DNA of 64,000 bases, taken from assembly GCF_009914755.1 (NCBI RefSeq), contig NC_060933.1. One strand, given 5' to 3'. The position numbers were made by a program, and so were the translations under genes. Below are positions 16,895-30,661 of the stretch, piece after piece. Source of the stretch: the human T2T-CHM13v2.0 reference genome, Homo sapiens. Position 1 is the stretch's first letter. Each line of letters opens with the position of its first letter. The notes beneath the pieces are model-generated. The model saw only the letters and a list, made by a program, of their open reading frames with translations, had not been told where the DNA came from and did no database searches.

Positions 16895-17204
16895 TTTTTT
16901 CTTTTTTTTTTTTTTTTTTTTTTGAGACGGAGTCTCGCTCTGTCGCCCAGACTGGAGTGCAGTGGCATGATCTCTGCTCACCACAAGCTCCACCTCCCAG
17001 GTTCACGCCTTTCTCCTGCCTCAGCCTCCTAAGTAGCTGGGACCACAGGCGCCTGCCACCATGCTCGGCTAATTTTTTTGTATTTTTGGTAAGATGGGAT
17101 TTCACCATGTTAGCCAGGATGGTCTTGATCTCCTGACCTCGTGATCCGCCCGCCTCAGCCTCCCAAAGTGCTGGGATTACAGGTGTGAGCCACCGTGCCT
17201 GGCC
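16895..17204 (-). mobile_element. AluY
   Basis: Poly-T plus body with Y diagnostics; TSD AAAATTTC. Confidence 0.92.
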
Positions 17205-19732
17205 AAAATTTCAAGCTTGAGAATCCGGGCCAAATTCTTTTGCTTATACTGTGTATATTTCTGTAATAAGTTGCCAGCTTTTTAAAAACTGGGAAATTTC
17301 ACATAAAAGTACAGATTTCTGGTTTAACTGGACAACTTTGATCCCAGATTTTTGCAAGGGATTAAGGAAAATATTTTAGATCGTGGAATCTAATTCATTA
17401 TCCTCTGATTCACTCTGTTACCAACGTAACATCATGCATTTAATGAATGATGTTACTACCTGGTTCCGTTGGCATTTGAATTTGTTTTTATAGTCAGTAG
17501 GAGTTGAGGGACTTTTTGAATAAAGTATTCTTTTTTTTACTGGTAATGGGAGTTTTTGAGAAATAGGTTGTTGTGGACATCAACTGAAACCCTTGGTATT
17601 AAGATGAAAGTCTGCTAGTTTTACAGATGTGACACAGGCTAAAGTAATTGAATTAAGTTTTTTAAAATCTCAGACTTCTATAATTGTCTGGTGTTTTGGA
17701 GTATTATCAAAGTCTGAATTGCCCTAAATATCATCTTAAAGTTGCCTGATTCTAACCCTTTTGGGAATTACATCCACAGTTTAACCCATTCCTTTGTGTC
17801 TAGGTTGTACTTCTGTTAAAAACTCCTTTCAGGTAGCTAGCTAGTTTCAGAAGAGTCAGTTATAAGCCTCATAACTGTACTCTGCCTCCACCATTTATTT
17901 GCCTATGCCTTTGCATGTGAAGTTCACAAAACCTTTTTCTTAGCATATTATTTTATCTTTTTAAATTCACTTTTTCATTATCTTCTTGAGTAGTGTCTTT
18001 AAATGCTGGCAGTTTATCCAGTTTGTTTGGAATTGTGGAATTAATAATTGTTGTGAATTTGTTTGGTGAGGAGTGTGTACCCTAAACAGATTGTATAAAA
18101 GTATTAGCTTTTATGGAGTGGCTTTCATTTACACCTGATTTAGAATTCTGTATAAGTTCAACAGTATCAGTTATTTTGATCTAATAGATGTGGAGTTTTG
18201 AGGTATAAAAATACAGAATCATTGTTACCAAATGCTAAAACTGCTGTAGAGCATCAAATGCAAATAAATAGATGATACATGAGTTCATCAAAAACAATTT
18301 ATAACTAAAATGTTTTTTATATATTTGCTCTTTGTTTCATAGACTGAAGGGGAAAAGTTGCTTTTAACTGTTACTAGTTAAGAGATAGGTTAAGGTGAAC
18401 GGATGGAAAGAAGAAATGTTGAGCATTTATATAAGAGGCTATGTAATGTGTGAGAATAGAGGTCGATCTATAGCAATAAAGATGAACTTTTTAGTTTAAT
18501 AAAAGAGAATTTGATGGACGCCCTGGATCCTAAATTTGTATGTAGTTTGTTAGCACTTAAATAACTGCCCATCTGAGTTAAGGGTTTGCGTTGGTTAACT
18601 CATTCAAAAACATTGGTTTTAATGCCTGGAGTGACATCTAATCCATGCAGCCATTTTCCTGCTGTGTTACTCTTCATCCTTTATATGTTGTTGCTTTTGG
18701 CTTCTGGTTTATTAGGGAATGGAAGCATTTATCATCTTATTCAATTGTAATACTTGGTTCTTTATTCTCTTCAAAATCTATAAGAACTTGATAAAGACTT
18801 TTTAAAAATTTTAAATGACAAGTCTATCAATCATGTGCATCAAAATAGGTGTCCCAAAAGAGTTTAGTGCATGCAGTTTTAAGCTCTTAATAACTTTAAA
18901 AGATAAGTACTATAAACTTACAAAAGGCATCACCTAAAAACTAAATGGTTTCAATTTCTTTTATATCGATTTTATGAATTTTGAAAAATTAAATTTTTTG
19001 AGATACTTTATCTCATTTTTTGAGATACTTTAAGTATCTCATTTATGAGATACTTTGACACTTTAAGAAACACTTCACTGAAAAGTACCTCAAATTTATG
19101 AGATACTTTCTGAGTGACACTTTCTCAGTACCATGGATCAGTAGGGGAGATCCTCCTGCCTGGCCACTGTGTACCTGGTCTGTATCCATTAGATATTTTT
19201 TCCCCCAGGAGTCATTTCAGAACTGTCAAGTGCGCATCAAAACCTCTTTTTGGATTATCTTAAGCTAGAGTTGCAAACTCAATCCTTTTTATCACTGAGT
19301 AACAGCTGATAAAGATTTCTAAGAAGTTAAAAAGTCAACTGAACTAATAGGTAGCACAAAAACCTTTGGTTGTGTTCAGTTTTAAGAAGGTACATGTATC
19401 AATATTTTTCAAATTTGATGCTAATTACGTGTGCCTGGTAGGTGTCTTATTGAACAACACAGAGAATATTTCCATCATCATGGTAAGTTCTGTTGGACAG
19501 TGCTGCTTTGCATTATTATAGCAATGTGGGTTTTTCTATAATGCACCCAGGTCATTTCTAATCTAATTTGAATCCATGCAGCTTAATAATCCTTTACTTT
19601 TAATTGAAGCAGACATCTGTTTGATGCTTTTGAAAATCAAACAAGATGTTAAATAGACTATAAATCTTTTACTCTGTATAATATTTAATTTTGCATGATG
19701 GGATATCTTAAAGCTTGGAAATTCTATTACAG

Positions 19733-19868
19733 GGAATCCCTGGAGATAGAGAAAGTCAGGCTGTGGTTGACCCCCCTCAAGCAGCTAGTACTGGGGTTCC
19801 TCAGTCTTCAGCAGTGGCTGCAGCTGCAGCAACTACGACAGCAACAACTACAACAACAAGTTCTGGAG
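19733..19868 (+). CDS. RAD23B: RAD23B coding exon (exon 7), Ala/Thr-rich linker; contains codon 249
   Basis: tattacag|GGA ... GGA G|gtaaag; 136 nt; GIPGDRESQAVVDPPQAASTGVPQSSAVAAAAATTTATTTTTSSG. Confidence 0.97.
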
Positions 19869-20594
19869 GTAAAGCGGAATCTTCTGGATGGGGAGGGAAT
19901 GGCCCTGAATTTTTAGTGTAAAATAATTTAACCTGAAATACTTCAGAAATGACGTTCATTCCCAGAGCAGTCGAATAATTCGTTAAGTTCTCTCTTCACT
20001 AATGTTTGAGAAAGGCCCAAAAGAAACTTTCCCAAGTGGATGTAAAAGGTATCCTTGCTGATATTAAACATCAGTGTTGCAGTTTTGCCGAAGGGCATAT
20101 TCTGTTTTATTTGTTTTAAGGAAAAGATGCTTTCCAGTTTGTATTTAGTGTTACTTTCTGATGCCATTCAGAATGGTTTGCTCACTTTGTCTCTTACTCT
20201 CTCCATAAATGTTACAAAGTGTATGTAATTTCAAAGCCAGCAGGATTTTAGTAATTATACAGCCAAGGAAATGAAACCGTGAGAGGTTTAAAACCTTGTA
20301 TCTAGAGGAGAAAGCAAAGCTTGAATTGAAGTCTCTTTACTGGGGTGCTGACCATACCCCACACATTGCTATAGGTCTGACTACAGAGCAAAGCCTGGAA
20401 CCTGCGGTCAGCTTAGGAATTACGCAGTGTTCTCCTTCGTTCGTTCTTCTGTATATTAATAAAGTAATTTAAACTGTTGATCTTGAAAAGGCCATTCTTC
20501 CATGCATTTCCTAGCTCTGATAATGATAGTCACCTCTGGTTGACAAAGGTCACTCAGTGCTTTGTGTACAGTCTCCCAAGGACAGGCCCTTTGT

Positions 20595-20740
20595 TTGTTG
20601 TGATTCAGCATATGGGAGTGGAAAGAGATGACCACAGCTCTGCTTTGGATTTGGGGTCCTGTTCCTTTCAGCACTTATTAGGTGACATAGTCTCTAAGTC
20701 TCGTTGCCTTCACCTGTAAAGCTGGTATTATATATGGAAG
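20595..20740 (+). mobile_element. MIR
   Basis: Degenerate core gtctctaagtctcgttgccttcacctgtaaa. Confidence 0.5.
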
Positions 20741-21639
20741 AACAAAAAACCCATGTGCTGTGGTCATTTCAATTGGAATGATTGTCTTCCTGAATAGGAA
20801 ATTACAACATACATCTAAAAATTCTCTTTTATTCATTAGTAACCTCAAAAACAATTCCTGTATGTACGATTTTTGGTTTCCTATAGCATAACCAGACAAG
20901 TACCAGCACCCTGAAAAAGCCAGAAGTTCTGTATTTTATATTTTATTTGGCATTATTAACATTTATTATTGTGAATGGATTTTAGACTGAAGAGTTTAGA
21001 TATATTAGTACTAGATTGCCATACAGCTTATTTATCCGAGTTTTTGTAGTTCACAAATGTTTGAAAATTAATGGTAATAACCGGAAGTCTTCCTTAATGT
21101 AAGTTTGGATTAAAGTTTCTCCTGATTTGCAAAACCTGACCTCAGACTTTAAATATCTTTTTCTTCTTTGGTTTCTTGAATTCCTAGGAATTCAAGCTCA
21201 GATTGTGTTCTTTTAGGGGTTTTCATTGTTTATAAAGTAAGTGAGTTTTTGTTTTTGTTGTGGTGTATATTTTTCTTAGGAACTTTTAAGCAACAGGAAC
21301 AACTTTTAGTACTTTTTATTTTGATAGAACACACACAGGAGACAAGTTTCTAGTATTATTTTATAACGTTGAGTGCCAAGGGCAATTATAGGAAAGTTTG
21401 GTTCATATTACAGTCAGCGTTCTGCACTCCCTGCCTTTGCTAATAGGAGTAATTTTTGCCGTATAAAACTTGCAAGTTGGTACAGTTGGAAGATTTCATC
21501 ATTATTTACTTCATTTTATTACATCTGAGAACTCAAATCATTTTTTCTTTGATAGTGTTTGCTGTCTAAATGTATTATTTAACCACTGTTTGTGTATGTA
21601 TTTACTGCTTTTGTTTAGAAATGTTTATGTGTATTTTAG

Positions 21640-21767
21640 GACATCCCCTTGAATTTTTACGGAATCAGCCTCAGTTTCAACAGATGAGACAAATTATTCA
21701 GCAGAATCCTTCCTTGCTTCCAGCGTTACTACAGCAGATAGGTCGAGAGAATCCTCAATTACTTCAG
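21640..21767 (+). CDS. RAD23B: RAD23B coding exon (exon 8), XPC-binding (STI1-like) domain
   Basis: tattttag|GA ... CAG|gtgact; 128 nt; [42 protein letters not shown]. Confidence 0.98.
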
Positions 21768-22582
21768 GTGACTAATCAGTGTCAGTTTCACAAGTGATTT
21801 AGAGTGTGTCACAATTTGAAAAAGTCCATGAACGGTCCTTCCCCTCCTCAAATACAACTCTGTATTTGAGAATGTGAATGTTTTCTTCCAAGCTACACTT
21901 AGATATTGTAATCTAGATAGGTGTACTAAAAAAACAGTTGGGATATGGAGGTTGGGTTAAATTAAGTTGACCAAATAGTAGTAAGTTTGGGAAACATTTT
22001 ATATTTCCTTTTTGGAGATTCCCACTACACATTAATATGTTAAAGAATTTGGGAAGCTGTTTAACAGAGAAACTGCCTAACTTTAAATCACTTTTCACAA
22101 GCTTATTACTCAGTTCCTTTTTCTTAGGAACTTTTAAGCAACAGGAACAACTTACTCTTAGAAAAAATAGCTGTGGGGCTTCTTTAGTGATCAGATCACC
22201 AAGTATTTGAATTTTATACAGCATTTTAATGCCCACTAGTGTGGAAGGTAAAAAATATATGCAAGTATTAAGAATAAGTTCTATTCTTATAGTCCCACAG
22301 TAGTTTTTTTTGTTTGTTTTTTGTTTGTTTTGTTTTTTTAAGCACAGGAGGCTCAGAGCACTTAAGAATTTGAATTTCTTCACTGTTTACTTTGCCCAAA
22401 AGTACTGAATTTCTTTACTATTGTATAAGAAATCACATCCTTCCAAAGACTGAATAATCCAGAATCACTAAATTACGTTTGCAAAAGTGTAGCCTTTTTC
22501 TTAGTAATATTTAGAATTTCTCTGTTCCTGCAGATACTTAATATCAGTGTATTATTTTTCTCTGTCCTTCATATCACCACAG

Positions 22583-22753
22583 CAAATTAGCCAACACCAG
22601 GAGCATTTTATTCAGATGTTAAATGAACCAGTTCAAGAAGCTGGTGGTCAAGGAGGAGGAGGTGGAGGTGGCAGTGGAGGAATTGCAGAAGCTGGAAGTG
22701 GTCATATGAACTACATTCAAGTAACACCTCAGGAAAAAGAAGCTATAGAAAGG
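22583..22753 (+). CDS. RAD23B: RAD23B coding exon (exon 9), end of XPC-binding domain, poly-Gly linker, start of UBA2
   Basis: caccacag|CAA ... AGG|gtgagt; 171 nt; QISQHQEHFIQMLNEPVQEAGGQGGGGGGGSGGIAEAGSGHMNYIQVTPQEKEAIER. Confidence 0.98.
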
Positions 22754-22783
22754 GTGAGTTTAAGTAAAACTTTAAAAAAATTA

Positions 22784-23097
<314 letters not shown>

Positions 23098-23975
23098 TCA
23101 CACTAGCCCCATTTCAAATGCTCAGAAGTCACATATTAATAATAAGGTTTTTCTATAATTTCTTTCAATAGTGTCCTGTAGTTTTCAGTGTAGAAGTTGT
23201 GTAATACTTTTGTTAAAATTATTTCGAAGTATTTTTATTCTTTTTGATGCTGTTATAAATGGATTTTTCTCTTAATTTCATTTTCAGACTGTTCATTGCT
23301 AACTATATAAAAATACAATTTAATTGTGTATATTGATCTTTTATCATAAAACCTTCTTGAACTGTTATTTATTCATTAAGTAGTTTGTGCATGTGTTCAT
23401 TAGGATTTTCCATATACAAGGTCATGTCATCTGCACATGGAGACAGTTTTACTTCTTTTCCAATATGGATACCTTTTATTTCTTTGTCTTATTTAACTGC
23501 CCTATCTGGAGCCTCCAGTATATTATTAGACTAGCAAGAACCAACAACATCCTTGTCTGGTTCTTGATCTTAAGGGAAAGCATTCAGTCTTTCATCACTA
23601 AGTATGATATTATCTATGGGTTTTTTGTGGATGCCCTTTATCAGATTGAAGAAATTCTCTTCTGTTACTAGTTTGTTCATCACGAAAAGGTGTTGGATTT
23701 TGTCAAATTTTTTTTCTTTCTTTATTAAGATGATCATGTGATTTTTGTCCTTTAGTATGCTTTATTACATTGATTGATTTTGTATGTTGAACCAACCTTG
23801 CATTTCTGAGATAAATTTTACTGGTTACAGCATATGATCTTTTTTATATGTTGCTGGATTTAGCCTGCTTGTATTTTGTTGAGGATTTTTGCATCTGTTC
23901 ATAAGTCATATTGGTCTGTAGTTTTTTTGTGATGTTTTTGTCTGAATTTGGTGTCTGGGTAATACTGGCCTCTTA

Positions 23976-24686
<711 letters not shown>

Positions 24687-26013
24687 AACTTTTCTATTTC
24701 TTTTAGAGTCAGTTTTGGTGGTTTTTGACTTGGAATTTGTCTATTTTATCTAAGCTGTCTAATTTGTTGGCGTGCAATTGTACATATTTCCTTATAATCA
24801 TTTTATTTCCTCTTTTGATAAAGTAATAATGTTCCTGCATTTATTCCTGATTTCAGTCATTTGAGTCCTAAGATATTTTTGTTTTTTCCCTTCAGTTTAG
24901 CTAAAGGTTTTAATTTTGTTCATTTTGTGGTGGTTGTTGTTAATGACAAAAATAACTTTGGGTTTTGTTGATTCTCCCTATTGTTTTTCTAGTCTTTTGT
25001 TTTGTTTTAAGTCTCTCTAATGTTTATTTCCCTCTTGCTTGCTTCTAGTTTGTTCTTCCTTTTTTAGGTTAGGTTTAGTTTAGTTCTTTGTTTAGTTTTA
25101 GTTTAAGATTAAATTATTATCTATCTTTGTTAGCATAGATGTTTATAGCTATAATATTCCTTCTGCGTTTATGCTATAGTAGCATCCCATAAGTTTTAGT
25201 ATGTTGTATTTTTGCTTTCTTTCATCTCAAAATGTTTTTTAATTTCCCATTTGGTTTCTAATTTAATTCATTCGTTATTTAGGATTGTGTTAATTTCCAC
25301 AAGTTTATGAATTTCCCACATTTTCTCCTTTCGATTTCTAAATTCATTCCATTATAATCAGAGAATATACTTTCAATACTTTTCAACTTATTGAGGTTCG
25401 TTTTGTGGCCTAACATGGTATTTCTGAAGAATGTTCTATGTATACTGAAGAAGAATATAGTGTAGTTCTTATTAAGTGGTCTATAAATATCTGATAGATC
25501 TAGTTTGTAGTCAAGTCTTCTTCCTTAGCTGTTTTATCTATTATTGAAGGTGGAGCTGTAGTTGTCTCTATTATTGTTAATTGCCAATTTCTACCTTTAA
25601 TTCTCAGTTTTTATTTTATGTATTTTGTGGCTCTGTTATATATAATTGTTGTGTCTTCCTGAACCCTTTTTATCATAAAATGCCTTTTGTCTATAGTAAC
25701 AATTTTTATCTTAAATCTGTTTCCTCTGATATAGCCATTCTAGCTCTTTTTTGGTTACCATTTGCATAGTATATACCTTTTTCTATCATTTTACTTTCAA
25801 CCTACTTGTGTCTTTGAATCTAAATTGTGTGTTTTGTAGAAGCAGGCAGTTGGATTGTACCCTTTACTTCACCTATCCTAGCTTTAATCTGGATAAAACC
25901 CAGATAACAAACTGATTTTTTAGTTTCTTCTGCTTTCATAGATGAATAGTTATTCGTGATGAATTGGGATTTTTGCCCAAATTTTAAGGGTTATTTCCAA
26001 ATATAATCTGACA

Positions 26014-26514
26014 CAGCAGTCTTTAACCTTTTTGGCACCAGGGACCAGTTACGTAGAAGACCTTTTTTTCTACCAACATAGGTGGGGTGGGCGCAGTGAT
26101 TTTGGGATGAAACTGTTCCACCTCCGATCATCAGGCGTTAGTTAGGTTAGGAAGTGGGGTGGGGCGGTGGTTTTGGGATGAAACTGTTTCATCTCACATC
26201 ATCAGGCATTTGTTAGGCTATCATACGGAGCACAGACCCTAGATCCCTCTCATGCACAGTTCACAGTAGGGTTCATGCTCATATGAGAATCTAATGCCGC
26301 CACTGATACAACAGGAGACGGAGCTCAGGTGGTAATTCGAGTGATGGGGAGTGGCTGTAAATACAGATGAAGCTTCACTTGTTCGCCCACTGCTCACCTC
26401 CTCCCGTGCGGCCCAGTTCCTTGCTCACCCACTGCTCACCTGCTCCTGGGCAGCCCAGTTCCTAACAGGCCAATGGCTGGTGCCAGTTCACGGTCTTGGG
26501 GTTTGGGACCTGTG
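26014..26514 (+). mobile_element. MER1-family hAT-Charlie element
   Basis: aacctttttggcaccagggaccagtt...gggatgaaactgttccacct...gagaatctaatgccgcc...ggggtttgggacc. Confidence 0.85.
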
Positions 26515-27285
26515 ATCTAACTCAAGGTGATTGAGACAATTGAGGAGGGTGACATTTGGCTGAGTTTTTAAAGGCTTTTAAAAGGAGTGAGTATTGTCAC
26601 AAGTGATTTTTAATATAATAGACTAGGAAAATGAAATTAAGTAGCTGGTATTACCATTTAAAATGCTGTAACTGTTAAGCAGATAAAAATAGAACATTAT
26701 CTTCAAAATGTACCATGTATTACTAATAATTGGTCACCTGTTTTTCTAGTATGGAGTGTTGAATAAAGCAAGGAGATTGAGAGTGATGTTTGATCCAAAT
26801 GAAAGACATGAGTTGACATTAATAAATAAAACATAATTTGCTTTTAATTTAGAAATAGGTGAGGTGGTTAAACTATACTGCAGGTACTCTCATCCTTATC
26901 TTCACTCTTAATATACTAAAAGCCATTTGATTTACATATTTCTGTAGAGTCATTTATTTTTAAACCATAGCAGTTAGCAGCTAATTTTTAATTAGGCCAA
27001 AGAGTATTTGCATAGTATCTATTAAGCTTTAACTAGAAACAAAGACTTTTTTAGGTGATTAGTAAAGGAAAGGGTCTAGATTCCATCTAATCCCTTGGGT
27101 TGGGCAGTAAATCCATATTGATAGAGATGAATTCATGTAAAATTCTCAAGAGCTTTTTTGGGTTGCAGTATGTTTTTGAGTAATGATTTATCTTTAGTGC
27201 TATGCTGGAATCTATAATATGTAAATAAAATTAAATGTGCCATAATTGGTGTGTTGGATTTATATTTTTTTCCTTTTTCTTCCAG

Positions 27286-27399
27286 TTAAAGGCATTAGGA
27301 TTTCCTGAAGGACTTGTGATACAAGCGTATTTTGCTTGTGAGAAGAATGAGAATTTGGCTGCCAATTTTCTTCTACAGCAGAACTTTGATGAAGATTGA
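27286..27399 (+). CDS. RAD23B: RAD23B last coding exon (exon 10), UBA2 domain and stop codon
   Basis: tttttcttccag|TTA; [37 protein letters not shown] then TGA at 27397-27399. Confidence 0.98.
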   Translation, partial: LKALGFPEGLVIQAYFACEKNENLAANFLLQQNFDED

Positions 27400-28447
27400 A
27401 AGGGACTTTTTTATATCTCACACTTCACACCAGTGCATTACACTAACTTGTTCACTGGATTGTCTGGGATGACTTGGGCTCATATCCACAATACTTGGTA
27501 TAAGGTAGTAGATTGTTGGGGGTGGGGAGGGAGGGATCTAGGATACAGGGCAGGGATAAATACAGTGCATGTCTGCTTCAATTAGCAGATGCCGCAACTC
27601 CACACAGTGTGTAAAATATATACAACCAAAAATCAGCTTTTGCAGGTCTTTATTTCTTCTGTAAAACAGTAGGTAACTTTTCCTAGGTTTCACTCTTTTT
27701 AGTGTACTAGATCCAGAAACTTAGTGTAATGCCCTGCTTTATATTTCTTTGACTTAACATTGGTTTCAGAAAGAATCTTAGCTACCTAGAATTTACAGTC
27801 TCTGTTTCATGGCAACACTGGATAATGGCTTTGTGAAATTTAAAAAATTTTTGTAGCGACTGTAAACAGAAATGCCAAATTGATGGTTAATTGTTGCTGC
27901 TTCAAAAATAAGTATAAAATTAATATGTAAGGAAGCCCATTCTTTCATGTTAAATACTTGGGGTGGGAGGGGAGAAAGGGAACCTTTTCTTAAAATGAAA
28001 ATAATTACTGCTATTTTAAAATTTCTTGATCATTGAATGTGAGACCCTTCTAACATGATTTGAGAAGCTGTACAAGTATAGGCAGAGTTATTTTCCTGTT
28101 TACATTTTTTTTTTGTTTTGGGGAAAAAATTGGTAGGTGTCTAATTACTGTTTACTTCATTGTTATATTGCAGTAAAAGTTTTAAAACAACCATTGCATG
28201 TTTGCTTTTGATGTATCCCTTTGTGAAATTAGCACTTTTGGGGCCAATGGAGAAATGCAGCATTCACTCTCCCTGTCTTTTCCCCTTCCCTCAGCAGAAA
28301 CGTGTTTATCAGCAAGTCGTGAGTCAAACTGCTGCCTTTTAAAAAACCCACAAAATGCTGATTCAGTTCAAAATTAATGCAAATGTTTCAAAACTGGGTT
28401 TCTGATATTTGTAAATGTGTTTCTTTATTAGATAAGAGTGTATTACC

Positions 28448-29933
<1,486 letters not shown>

Positions 29934-30347
29934 TCCAACATTGCACTTCTCATTTTTTAAATGATTCTGTCACGTAGAATCAGAATTGAAAGTTGACAAT
30001 GCTTCTGTCACTGATACTTCTTTTTACTTCAGTAATTGGTGAGTGTATCATATAGGAGGCCCAGGCACTAGATTGACTTTATTGGGTCTCCTGGTTCTTT
30101 TCTCAACACAGAGATGGGATACTTGCTGGGATGTTAAGGTTAGTGAGGTCTTCTAGGGAATGCATAAAATTTCCATTGTTCCATACTTGTCTGAAGCAGC
30201 CAGCCAAAGCCTGCTGCAAAATGTTCTACCGAAAGTAAGCAATTGGAGGGAATGAGTGTTCCTGACCCAGTCAGTTCTGGTGGATTCTCCAGCCATGAAG
30301 TTCAGTTGGCCTCCCCCATCCATTTTCCCCATTTTTTCCCCCTAAGC

Positions 30348-30661
30348 CAAGGGCTGGCAAACTACAGCTTCATGAGCCAAATCTGGCATATACCTGTTAT
30401 GTGGTCCATGAACTAAGAGTGATCTTTACATTTTTAAATGGTTTCAATTGTATATGTTTTTTATCACCTCAAAAGTTTCAACTTACATTTCAGTGTCCTT
30501 AAAAGTGTTATTGAAACACAGCCATCCTCATTTGTTTACATATTGTCTATAGCTACTTTTGTGCTACAGAAGTTTGCTGTTGGATAGCTGCAGCAGACTG
30601 TGGCCTGCAAAGCCTAAATAATCACTATCTGGCCCTTTACAGCAAAGGTTTGGTACCCCTG
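30348..30661. mobile_element. MER58-like hAT-Charlie element
   Basis: gggctggcaaactacagc...gccaaatctggc ... tctggccctttacag...tttggtacccctg. Confidence 0.8.

Noticed and set aside
18845-18990. Possible Tc1/mariner-like ancient transposon end (ggtgtcccaaaag...gcagttttaagct)
   Set aside because: I could not name the family or find the second terminal repeat, so it is not listed as a feature
21913-22383. 156-aa antisense ORF in intron 8
   Set aside because: Non-ATG start, K/F/L/N-biased composition typical of AT-rich intron, no recognisable homology
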